A DNA stretch of 64,000 nt from an uncultured Bacteroidota bacterium (GTDB lineage: Bacteria; Bacteroidota; Bacteroidia; Bacteroidales; B18-G4), in assembly GCA_963793485.1 (NCBI GenBank), contig CAWCAB010000002.1:332787-396786 (forward strand), given 5' to 3'. The notes below the pieces were generated by a model. It did not search any database and had not been told where the DNA came from. It saw nothing but the letters and a program-made list of their open reading frames with translations. Each line of letters starts with the position of its first letter. Position 1 is the stretch's first letter. A program made the position numbers and the translations under genes. This document shows, piece after piece, positions 19,408 to 27,425 of this stretch.

Positions 19408-20772
19408 CTATTTATTCAATTTCTTCAATTTCTTATATAGTGTGGGGCGTGTAATCCCCAGTTTTTTCGCCACTGCGCTCAGGTTGCCTTTTTCCTTGTC
19501 GATACTCGCCAGGATCATTTCATTTTCCATTTCTTCAATGGTCTTATCCTGAAAATTAATTTTATGATTTGCGATTGTGCCATTTAAGCTAATGCAATCT
19601 TCATTTAGAACTTTCGTATCTGTTAAAATCACCGCCTTTTCGATACAATGTTGCAACTCTCTTACATTTCCCGGCCAGCTATACTTCAGAAATTTCTGCA
19701 TGGTCTTGTCATTGATTGTCAGTCCGGGCTTATCATATTTTATTCCATATTTATGAAGATAATATTCGGCAATCAATGCCAAATCGTTTCCGCGTTCCCT
19801 TAGTGGAGGTAGCTCGATAGTAATGGTGTTTATGCGGTAAAGTAAATCTTCACGGAACAGGCCATCCTTTACCATCATGTTTAAATCCTTATTGCTTGCT
19901 GATATCAGTCTTATGTCGATGGGTACAGGAGTGTTACTGCCAACCTTAACGATGGTTCTGTTTTGTATGGATGTGAGTAATTTCGCCTGAAGTGACAAAG
20001 GAAGGTTTCCTATTTCGTCGAGAAATAGTGTACCCTTATCTGCTGTTTCAAATTTCCCTATGCGATCCTCCCTGGCATCAGTAAAGGAACCTTTTGTATG
20101 GCCGAAAAGTTCGCTTTCGAATAGCGATTCACTAAGCGCCCCCATATCAACACTGATCATTACTTCATTTTCCCTTTTGGAAAATCGATGAATTTCACGT
20201 GCAATAAGTTCTTTCCCGGTCCCATTTTCGCCGCTCACAAAAATATTGGCATCGGTTACAGCCACTTTTTTCACCATCTCCATCACTTTTTTCATGGGGT
20301 CTGATTGACCGATGATCGATTGCGACGTTGGTTTCAGCTCTTGTTTTAAGGTGTTGGTCGTTTTAAGCAGTTTTGCATTCTCAATTTTAATTTTTCTTAA
20401 CTCTAAAGAAGCATGTAGCGTACTTAATAGTTTGTTATTGTCCCAGGGTTTTAGGATAAAATCGAATGCACCTTCTTTCACAGCTTTTACTGCCAGTTCA
20501 ACATCACCATAAGCTGTAATCAAGACTACACTAATTGTAGGATCAAGCTTTTGTATTTGATGTAACCAATAAATCCCTTCGTTTCCGGTATTTGTTCCGG
20601 CTTTAAAGTTCATATCAAGTAATACCACATCTATTTGATGTTGGTGAATTAAAGCGAGCAAACTATTTGGATTCTGGAGGGTGAACACACCATCGAACTC
20701 GGTTTGGAGCAACATCTCCAGAGCGGTAAGAACACTTTTATTGTCATCCAGAATAAGTATTTTCCCCTTCAT
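19408..20772 (-). CDS. Sigma-54-dependent response regulator (NtrC family)
   Basis: Receiver domain (VVLLDMNF...LKPW). AAA+ domain with [15 protein letters not shown] and [15 protein letters not shown] (GAFTGA-type loop). C-terminal Fis-type [26 protein letters not shown]. Confidence 0.88.
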   Translation of the reverse strand: MKGKILILDDNKSVLTALEMLLQTEFDGVFTLQNPNSLLALIHQHQIDVVLLDMNFKAGTNTGNEGIYWLHQIQKLDPTISVVLITAYGDVELAVKAVKEGAFDFILKPWDNNKLLSTLHASLELRKIKIENAKLLKTTNTLKQELKPTSQSIIGQSDPMKKVMEMVKKVAVTDANIFVSGENGTGKELIAREIHRFSKRENEVMISVDMGALSESLFESELFGHTKGSFTDAREDRIGKFETADKGTLFLDEIGNLPLSLQAKLLTSIQNRTIVKVGSNTPVPIDIRLISASNKDLNMMVKDGLFREDLLYRINTITIELPPLRERGNDLALIAEYYLHKYGIKYDKPGLTINDKTMQKFLKYSWPGNVRELQHCIEKAVILTDTKVLNEDCISLNGTIANHKINFQDKTIEEMENEMILASIDKEKGNLSAVAKKLGITRPTLYKKLKKLNK

Positions 20773-20950
20773 CTGATATGAATATGATTAAGCAAGTTTC
20801 ATTTTTGAACATGAAACTAAAGATTGTATTCAACGAAAGTAAATATTTGTAAACGAATTTAACACTCACTGTAAGATTATTTTACACTTTTTTTATGAAC
20901 CGACAATTCGTTATGCCTTATATGTCTGACAATCATGTTGATATAGATTT

Positions 20951-20966
20951 CGGCATCAGACTTGAA
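20951..20966 (+). promoter_or_regulatory. Weak candidate sigma-54 -24/-12 element (cGGCAT-N5-TTGAA)
   Basis: Has GG at -24 and correct spacing to TTG, but A replaces the conserved C of the -12 GC. It lies ~100 nt upstream of the ABC ATPase start, divergent from the NtrC-type regulator. Confidence 0.2.
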
Positions 20967-21064
20967 CAGAAGCATATGGAAATGCATGAAAGTAGAAAAC
21001 CAGGGACATTCCAAAGTAACAGAGACAAAAAACAAAATATCGTACAACCTTGAAAGAAAATACA

Positions 21065-21748
21065 ATGATAAAAACTGAAAAAGTAACCAAAGTATTCAGG
21101 ACGGAAGATGTAGAAACGCTTGCATTAAACGAAGTGGATGTTCATGTAAAGAAAGGTGAGTTTGTGGCCATCATGGGTCCTTCCGGTTGTGGAAAATCAA
21201 CCTTTCTTAATATTGTTGGCCTGCTTGATAATCTTACGGAAGGCACATACAGTTTTGATGGAACTGATATAACTCATTTAAAAGAAAAAGACCGTACACA
21301 GTTTCGCAAAGGCAACATTGGCTTTATATTTCAAAGCTTCAACCTGATTGATGAATTGAATGTTTTTGATAATGTTGAACTTCCTTTGATATATCTGAAA
21401 ATGAAATCTTCTGAGCGCCGCAAAAAGGTTGATGATGTGCTGAAGCAGATGAAGATAGGTCATAGAGCTAAACACTTTCCCCAACAACTTTCGGGTGGGC
21501 AGCAGCAAAGGGTAGCGATTGCGCGCGCAGTTGTGGCCAATCCGGGCCTTATCCTGGCTGATGAACCTACCGGGAACCTTGATTCAAAAAATGGCATTGA
21601 AGTGATGAACCTCTTATCTGAGCTTAATCAGGAGGGTGCTACTATCATTATGGTAACACATAGCGATCGGGATGCAGCCTATGCCCACCGTATAATTAAT
21701 TTGTTCGATGGACAAATTATTATGGAGAAAGTGAATGGATCACATTAG
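21065..21748 (+). CDS. ABC transporter ATP-binding protein (MacB/LolD-type)
   Basis: Walker [10 protein letters not shown], signature [14 protein letters not shown], Walker B LILADEPT and H-loop VTHS. ATG 21065 is preferred over TTG 21050. Confidence 0.88.
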   Translation: MIKTEKVTKVFRTEDVETLALNEVDVHVKKGEFVAIMGPSGCGKSTFLNIVGLLDNLTEGTYSFDGTDITHLKEKDRTQFRKGNIGFIFQSFNLIDELNVFDNVELPLIYLKMKSSERRKKVDDVLKQMKIGHRAKHFPQQLSGGQQQRVAIARAVVANPGLILADEPTGNLDSKNGIEVMNLLSELNQEGATIIMVTHSDRDAAYAHRIINLFDGQIIMEKVNGSH

Positions 21749-21784
21749 GAGCATTTAAATTAAAAATTTAACACCCAGAGCATC

Positions 21785-24139
21785 ATGTTCAAGAATTATA
21801 TTAAAATCGCATATGCAAATCTTATTAAGAGTAAGGTATACTCCCTGATAAGTATTTCCAGTTTAACCGTTGGCATGGCTGTGTGTATTATGCTGTTGAT
21901 TTATGTAACGCATGAATTAAGCTATGACCGCTACCATGAGAAATCAGATAATATCTATAGGTTATGTCAGGAGCAACATCCTTACCAGGCGCCTGGTGCA
22001 GCGAGGTTGTTGCAAGATAATTTACCGGAAATACAAAAGTCTGCCAGGATTTTAGACAGGGATAATATTACCGTACAAGTTGATGACAAGCGATTTAAAG
22101 AAGACCTTGTTGCCTGGGTGGATGCTGAGCTTTTTGAAATCTTCTCTTTTAAGTTCTTGAAAGGTACGCCTGAATATTCGCTGCAGCAAACTGGCACAAT
22201 GGTAATCACAGAAAGTACTGCTTACAGGTATTTTGGTGATGAAGATCCCATCGGGAAAATGCTTAAAGTGGAGAATGAATATAATTATATCATAACTGGA
22301 GTTATTGAAGATATCCCGCAAAATTCCCACTTCACATTCGATATTTTTATGACGCTCGAAGATGGAGATATAATGTTTGATGATGATTGGATGGATAACT
22401 GGGGATGGTGCAATTTTCTGGTATATTTTGAGATGCAGCCGGAGTTTTCAAAGTCGGATGTTGAGGCAAAGGTTTGTCAATTAATGAAGGCTGAGACCGA
22501 TCCTGAAGGCCCGCTGCCTGTATATACACTTCAGAACCTGGCAGATATTCATCTCTATTCCTCTCACTTTCTGGGTGATATTCAACCTCAAAACAGCATC
22601 ATCTATGTGTTGATCTTTTCAGCCATAGGTTTGCTTATTTTACTCATCGCCTGTTTCAATTATATTAACCTGCTTACTGCAAATGCAACTACCCGGGGAA
22701 CAGAAATAGGCGTAAGAAAAGCTTTTGGCGCCTCGCGCAAGCAACTCGCGATACAATACATTTCCGAATCTTTTATCGTGATTATTGTTTCCTTATTTCT
22801 ATCGATCCTTATTATTCGAATGGGCTTACCCATATTCAACGAGCTTTCGGGTAAAGAGCTATCGTTTTCTATCCTGGCCGATATAAATATTATTTTGAGT
22901 ATTCTTGGGATGGTATTGATCGTAGGCTTTTTGGGAGGATGGTACCCGGCCTTTATCCTTTCCTCCTATAGTCCAACCAAAGCACTCAAGTCTTCAAAAA
23001 TTAGTATGGGTTCCAAATTTCATATAAAAAAAATACTTATTGGTGCGCAATTTACCATTGTGATCGTGCTAATAGCATGTTCAATCATTATGTTTCGACA
23101 AATCAATTTTATACAAAACAAGGAATTAGGCTTCGAAAAGGAGGCCGTTATTACAACAATTTTTGATTATGGCGAGGAAGAAGAATACAACACCTTACGA
23201 CATGCTCTTCTGAGCCAAAGCTATGTATCCAATGTATCAGTAGCCAGCCGCATTCCTTCGGGTTCTCTCAGTACTGTAGGAGTTGTACAAGTTGAAGGAG
23301 AAACAGAATCCATCGAAATACCATATGTACATGTAAATTTCGACTATTTCAAAACGCTAGGCATTGAAGCAATACAAGGTCGATTGTTTTCAGAGGAACT
23401 TAAAACGGATGTAACAGAATCTGTTATTCTAAATGAAGAGGCAGTAAAACATTTGGGACTAGAGGGCAACCCCATAGGACAAACACTTGAATGTATTTGG
23501 CCAAGATCTAGCCGACACATTGTAGGAGTTATTGGCGATGTTTACATTGAACCGCTTTATAATAAAGTTAAACCTATCGTATTTTCATTTTATTATCCTT
23601 GGGTTTATCACCTGATCGTTAAGGTAAACCCATCTGATGCCATGGGTTCTATGGAGTCTGTTACTAAAATCTGTCAAAATCTATATCCCAATGAGGTCAT
23701 TGAATTTAGTTTCCTCGACAACATTCTACAGCAACGCTATGAAAAAGATCAAAACACCTTTCGCCTCATGGGATATTTTGCTTTAGTGGCAATCATACTC
23801 GCCTGTATGGGCTTGTTGGGCATGGCTTCCTTTATTTTAACAAACCGAACCAAGGAAATAGGTATCCGAAAAGTAAATGGAGCAAGCATTAGCGAAATCA
23901 TGCAAATGTTAAACATTAGTTTTGTGAAATGGATAGCTATTGCATTTATTATTGCAACTCCAATAGCTTATTATAGCATGGAAAAATGGCTGGCAAATTT
24001 TGCCTATCAAACGCCACTCAGCTGGTGGATATTTGTGCTGGCCGGAGTGATTACACTTGTCATAGTTTTACTTGCAGTGAGCTGGCTAACATACAGGGCT
24101 GCAAGACGAAACCCTGTGGAAGCCTTAAGGTATGAATAA
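21785..24139 (+). CDS. ABC transporter permease, MacB/FtsX family (duplicated FtsX domains)
   Basis: 784 aa. MacB-like periplasmic domains alternate with two FtsX-type 4-TM bundles. C-terminus ...YRAARRNPVEALRYE. Confidence 0.85.
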   Translation: MFKNYIKIAYANLIKSKVYSLISISSLTVGMAVCIMLLIYVTHELSYDRYHEKSDNIYRLCQEQHPYQAPGAARLLQDNLPEIQKSARILDRDNITVQVDDKRFKEDLVAWVDAELFEIFSFKFLKGTPEYSLQQTGTMVITESTAYRYFGDEDPIGKMLKVENEYNYIITGVIEDIPQNSHFTFDIFMTLEDGDIMFDDDWMDNWGWCNFLVYFEMQPEFSKSDVEAKVCQLMKAETDPEGPLPVYTLQNLADIHLYSSHFLGDIQPQNSIIYVLIFSAIGLLILLIACFNYINLLTANATTRGTEIGVRKAFGASRKQLAIQYISESFIVIIVSLFLSILIIRMGLPIFNELSGKELSFSILADINIILSILGMVLIVGFLGGWYPAFILSSYSPTKALKSSKISMGSKFHIKKILIGAQFTIVIVLIACSIIMFRQINFIQNKELGFEKEAVITTIFDYGEEEEYNTLRHALLSQSYVSNVSVASRIPSGSLSTVGVVQVEGETESIEIPYVHVNFDYFKTLGIEAIQGRLFSEELKTDVTESVILNEEAVKHLGLEGNPIGQTLECIWPRSSRHIVGVIGDVYIEPLYNKVKPIVFSFYYPWVYHLIVKVNPSDAMGSMESVTKICQNLYPNEVIEFSFLDNILQQRYEKDQNTFRLMGYFALVAIILACMGLLGMASFILTNRTKEIGIRKVNGASISEIMQMLNISFVKWIAIAFIIATPIAYYSMEKWLANFAYQTPLSWWIFVLAGVITLVIVLLAVSWLTYRAARRNPVEALRYE

Positions 24140-24186
24140 AGCCAAGAGGGGCGTATATGACGAACGAAAGCAGGAGATTTCTTAGC

Positions 24187-26388
24187 TTAATGCTCTGCCA
24201 TCACCCCAAGGTTTGTATATTCATCAGTAAGCTCAAATTCATATTCCGGATAGTCATAAAGGCTGCTCCTGGCTTCGGTTTCCCCAATGGAATAACCCCA
24301 TATGCTCTCGTAGTCGGAAATGTCCTCCCCAATATCCTCCAGCTGTTGGAGGTATTCGCTAATCGACTTTGATTCGATGATGATCACCTTATCCATCTCT
24401 TTCATTGCAGGACTGTGATTTCGGGTATGATCGAGTTCAAATTCAAGTATGCGCCTGCCATAGCGTGTGATCCCGATAGTTCGGAAAGTAAGGCTTTTTC
24501 CAACACCCGGGAGGTTTAAAACATTCCGGTCGGTGCCAAGAAATGGTAAGTCGGTTTTTACCATAAGCTTATTGATATTTTCTACCAGTGCTTCTGCATT
24601 ATTTGGAAACTCCCTGATTGCATCCTGAAACTTTTCATCGATCTTTCCATAAACCTTCTCCTCCATTTGCTCCTGCACTGCCCGTTCATTAGTTGCAAAG
24701 TTGAAGTTGTTTTCCATATAACCTTTCACACTGAAGGTATAGTAATTAAGTACACCGATTTCATTAAGCACCTGTCGTAATTTGGCAGAATGCCCTCTTC
24801 TTGAAGCAGCAGTAGTAAAGACCAGCTGATTGGTTACTGTCCAGCCGGAAGAGGTAAGCAGTCGTATGGCTTCTTTTGCTTCCGGAGTAACTTCCATAGG
24901 AGACTCAAAATGAGTTTGTATGAAAAACTGTTTGATCCCGATCTTTGAAGATTTTTTCTTGAACTTGCTCAGTATCTCTACCAGTTCCGAAGTAATACGC
25001 TGAGGAAGATAGGCCGGCAGCCTGCTTCCCAGTCTAACCCTAAGCAGTTCGGCATACTTTTCACCCTCAGGCCTCTTTTTATTAGCCTGTATCTTTCTAA
25101 GGGCCATATTATATACTTCATCTAAAATCTTCACCAGTGATTTATCCGAACTCATGAGAGCATCACCTCCGGTGATCAGGATATCGCGGAGTTGTGAATC
25201 CTGTTCGAAATATTCAATCAGTCTTTTCAGCTTTTCGTCCCACGCTTCCTTTGGTTTCAGTTTATCCAGGCTGAAGTTTAGGTTTCCTCTTTGGAAATCA
25301 TACATCCTCTGACATGATGCACAGAGTCCGCCACAGGCTCTGCCCATGGTGTCGGGTATGAGAATAGCCACTTCAGGATAACGGCGATGGAGGTTATGGT
25401 CGGAAGGCAGCAACCAACCGGCTGCATTAGGTTTTCCGGGTTCCACTAGATCTTCCTTTTCCCAGGCAACAATATGATTGTATTCATCGATGAGTTGTTT
25501 GCTGTAAATAACATAGTATCTTATCGCAAGATCGGCTCCAATCGAAAAATAGGGAACCCGCACATGGAGAAGTGAGAGGTAATATGGATTCACAAAGAAG
25601 GGGATACCCTTTTCTTTTGCCTCATTCAGCAATTTCATGGTATCCGGGTCGAGAGAATTGCCAAGCAATTCATTTAAAAGCTCAGGCGAGCGAACAGCAA
25701 AACGTAAATGGAAAAGGGAATTTTTCCACCACTCCAAAGCCTTAAGGTACTTTTGCTCCTGCGACATTTCTGCTTCAAAGAAAAATTTCGAGTCCTTGAT
25801 CTCTCCTTTATCAATTTTATCAATAATGATCTTTAGTATACGTTCCCGGTTTTCCTCTCTAAGCTTTACAATACGTGGATCAAGCCCCGAAGACCAGCGC
25901 GACATCCACTGTTCCAGCAGTTCCCTGTCAGGCAAGGTGCGCACACTTTTTCCTGTCAGCTGACGGAACAACTGAAGCATATCTTTAAAAAAATATGGCT
26001 TTGCTCCGCCGGTACCGTAGTTTACGGCCAGCCATATAAGCTTGATCGGGTTGCTGATGGCCTTTTCGCCACGCAGGTTCAGGTCGTCAAACTTTCTTCC
26101 TGCATTATCAATATAATCCAGAATGCGTATGGCAGCAAAATCCTTCCAGGTCAGTTTCTCAAATGCTTCACGACCGTGGGATTCGTTTCTGTAAAATTTA
26201 TCTGCATCCGGATTTTCAGCCAGTATTGCCGATACCCAGTCCCTGACACCGATCAGTGCTTCCGTCTCATTGCGTGCATGCCGCATGATCTCCTCCAGTT
26301 CAGGATTTTCTTTGAGGAGTTCTTTGAGCAGCATGTGTGATTTGACTGTGATAGCTATCTTATCTAGTTCGTGGGTTATATTGATCAT
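24187..26388 (-). CDS. Long-form KamA-family radical SAM protein (aminomutase-like)
   Basis: CxxxCxxC cluster motif in GRACGGLCASCQRMY. A KamA-like ...ITGGDALM... segment and a late NLPGVGKS segment. The core is about 250 aa further from the N-terminus than in canonical ~416-aa lysine 2,3-aminomutases. Start assigned to ATG 26388 (MINITHELDK...). Confidence 0.72.
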   Translation of the reverse strand: MINITHELDKIAITVKSHMLLKELLKENPELEEIMRHARNETEALIGVRDWVSAILAENPDADKFYRNESHGREAFEKLTWKDFAAIRILDYIDNAGRKFDDLNLRGEKAISNPIKLIWLAVNYGTGGAKPYFFKDMLQLFRQLTGKSVRTLPDRELLEQWMSRWSSGLDPRIVKLREENRERILKIIIDKIDKGEIKDSKFFFEAEMSQEQKYLKALEWWKNSLFHLRFAVRSPELLNELLGNSLDPDTMKLLNEAKEKGIPFFVNPYYLSLLHVRVPYFSIGADLAIRYYVIYSKQLIDEYNHIVAWEKEDLVEPGKPNAAGWLLPSDHNLHRRYPEVAILIPDTMGRACGGLCASCQRMYDFQRGNLNFSLDKLKPKEAWDEKLKRLIEYFEQDSQLRDILITGGDALMSSDKSLVKILDEVYNMALRKIQANKKRPEGEKYAELLRVRLGSRLPAYLPQRITSELVEILSKFKKKSSKIGIKQFFIQTHFESPMEVTPEAKEAIRLLTSSGWTVTNQLVFTTAASRRGHSAKLRQVLNEIGVLNYYTFSVKGYMENNFNFATNERAVQEQMEEKVYGKIDEKFQDAIREFPNNAEALVENINKLMVKTDLPFLGTDRNVLNLPGVGKSLTFRTIGITRYGRRILEFELDHTRNHSPAMKEMDKVIIIESKSISEYLQQLEDIGEDISDYESIWGYSIGETEARSSLYDYPEYEFELTDEYTNLGVMAEH

Positions 26389-26607
26389 GATGAGTGTTTT
26401 GACATTGAATTGTCTGTGATATGTAAAGGTACATAAAAGGCTCGTCTTCATCAAGTTTGAAGTTTAATTTCGCCAGTGTATGAGGGTGTAGGGAGATTAT
26501 TAACTGTTGAGGAATAGCAAATACATCATTTGTGCTTCGAGAAAATTTATAATTTTGCACTTCCATTGCAAAACCTGTAATATTTTGGAATTTGGATTAT
26601 CAAAGTG

Positions 26608-26723
26608 CGGGATGTAGCGCAGCTCCCGAAAATTCGCGAACCTTTGGTTCGCTGAATTTTCGTGGATCCTCGAAAAACTATCGAATCACAGATTCGTTGT
26701 TTTTCGGGACAGCTTAGCGCGCC
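26608..26723 (+). pseudogene. 5' fragment of tRNA-Pro (acceptor 5' strand plus D arm only), interrupted in the D loop by an 86-nt insert
   Basis: CGGGATGTAGCGCAGC[86 nt]CAGCTTAGCGCGCC matches nt 1-28 of the intact tRNA-Pro at 26986 (CGGGATGTAGCGCAGCCAGGTTAGCGCGCC), with one mismatch once the insert is removed. There is no anticodon or T arm. Confidence 0.65.
26624..26709. repeat. 86-nt palindromic insert with 9-bp terminal inverted repeats (TCCCGAAAA...TTTTCGGGA) and two internal hairpins (MITE-like?)
   Basis: Hairpin 1 is CGAAAATTCGCGAACC-ttt-GGTTCGCTGAATTTTCG. Hairpin 2 is CGAAAAACTATCGAATC-aca-GATTCGTTGTTTTTCG. Both were read directly from the sequence. Confidence 0.45.
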
Positions 26724-26738
26724 AAAATAAAGTAATTA

Positions 26739-27009
26739 ATGGAGTTCTTTACATACATAATTAGAATCTGAGCTTGATGGCAGCCTTTATATAGGACAAA
26801 CAAGCTCATTAAAGGATCGAATTAATAGACATAATAAAGGTTACAGTAGGTCAACAAAATCGAAAAGACCTTGGAAACTTATATTTTCAAAGGAATTTGA
26901 AAGTAGATCAGAAGCCTATAAAACGGAAAAATATTTAAAAAGCTTAAAAAAACGGAAAGCAATTTTCGAGTGGATGCAAAATCAGCGGGATGTAGCGCAG
27001 CCAGGTTAG
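26739..27009 (+). pseudogene. GIY-YIG nuclease-family mini-protein (~90 aa), apparent 1-nt frameshift after codon 9
   Basis: MEFFTYIIR then (+1) SELDGSLYIGQTSSLKDRINRHNKGYSRSTKSKRPWKLIFSKEFESRSEAYKTEKYLKSLKKRKAIFEWMQNQ.... This carries the GIY...YIG...R...E signature of small URI-domain proteins. The shift is at AGA-A-TCT (~26766). The last 8 codons are the first 24 nt of tRNA-Pro. Confidence 0.7.
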
Positions 27010-27060
27010 CGCGCCACGTTCGGGACGTGGAGGCCGGGAGTTCGAATCTCCCCATCCCGA
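26986..27060 (+). tRNA. tRNA-Pro (anticodon CGG)
   Basis: CGGGATGTAGCGCAGCCAGGTTAGCGCGCCACGTTCGGGACGTGGAGGCCGGGAGTTCGAATCTCCCCATCCCGA. Acceptor CGGGATG/CATCCCG, D stem GCGC/GCGC, anticodon stem CCACG/CGTGG with loop TTCGGGA (G37), T stem GGGAG/CTCCC. Confidence 0.92.
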
Positions 27061-27069
27061 CAAAGCAAA

Positions 27070-27098
27070 AAAGACCTGTCACGAAGTGATGGGTCTTT
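27070..27098 (+). terminator. Hairpin immediately 3' of tRNA-Pro
   Basis: AAAGACCTGTCAC-gaa-GTGATGGGTCTTT forms a 13-bp stem with two G-U pairs. It is followed by CTGCTT. Confidence 0.45.
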
Positions 27099-27158
27099 CT
27101 GCTTATAGAGCGTTGAAAGTTTACTTTCATAAGCAGTATAAGCAGAAAGAACTATGGG

Positions 27159-27350
27159 GCGTAGCCGCTGGTCTTTTTTGCTTTGTGCCCCCCCTAAGAG
27201 ATCACCGCAGGTAATCTCCTAAATAGCGAAGCAAGCAGGTGCTTTTGGTTTGTACCTCCCCCAATAGAGATCAGCGAAGCTAATCTCAGCGTAGCCGCTG
27301 GTCTTTTTTGCTTTGTGCCCACCCCTCAGAGATCACCGCAGTTAATCTCC
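27159..27350. repeat. Three tandem ~62-69-bp repeat units, each ending in a GAGATCAN-loop-NTAATCTC hairpin
   Basis: Units at 27159-27219 and 27289-27350 are near-identical (gcgtagccgctggtcttttttgctttgtgccc...gagatcaccgcag.taatctcc). The middle unit (~27224-27288) is a diverged copy (ggtgcttttggtttgtacctcccccaatagagatcagcgaagctaatctc). Confidence 0.65.
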
Positions 27351-27425
27351 CCCTATTGGGAAACTCCAAACAAACTCAACCCCAACTTCCACGTTCCAAC
27401 TTCCATGTTCCATGTTCGTTATTCT

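Noticed and set aside
20795-20816. Inverted repeat GTTTCAT-N8-ATGAAAC just upstream of the NtrC-type regulator start, as a possible autoregulatory site.
   Set aside because: It has only 7-bp arms in AT-rich DNA and no second copy in the window. It cannot be distinguished from chance by eye.
20971-20990. TGGAAATGCATGAAAG as an alternative sigma-54 promoter.
   Set aside because: The spacing from GG to GC is 6 nt rather than the required ~10-nt gap, so it does not fit the -24/-12 geometry.
26608-26723. The interrupted tRNA-Pro copy as an intron-containing tRNA gene.
   Set aside because: The copy ends after the D arm and has no anticodon or T arm. Known bacterial tRNA introns also sit in the anticodon loop, not the D loop.
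26879-27130. 83-aa minus-strand ORF.
   Set aside because: It runs straight through tRNA-Pro and the end of the GIY-YIG gene.
27159-27350. Possible mini CRISPR array, since two near-identical 61-62-bp units are separated by ~69 bp.
   Set aside because: The putative spacer is itself a diverged copy of the repeat. There are only three units, the unit length is atypical, and there are no cas genes in the window. It is better described as a tandem repeat.
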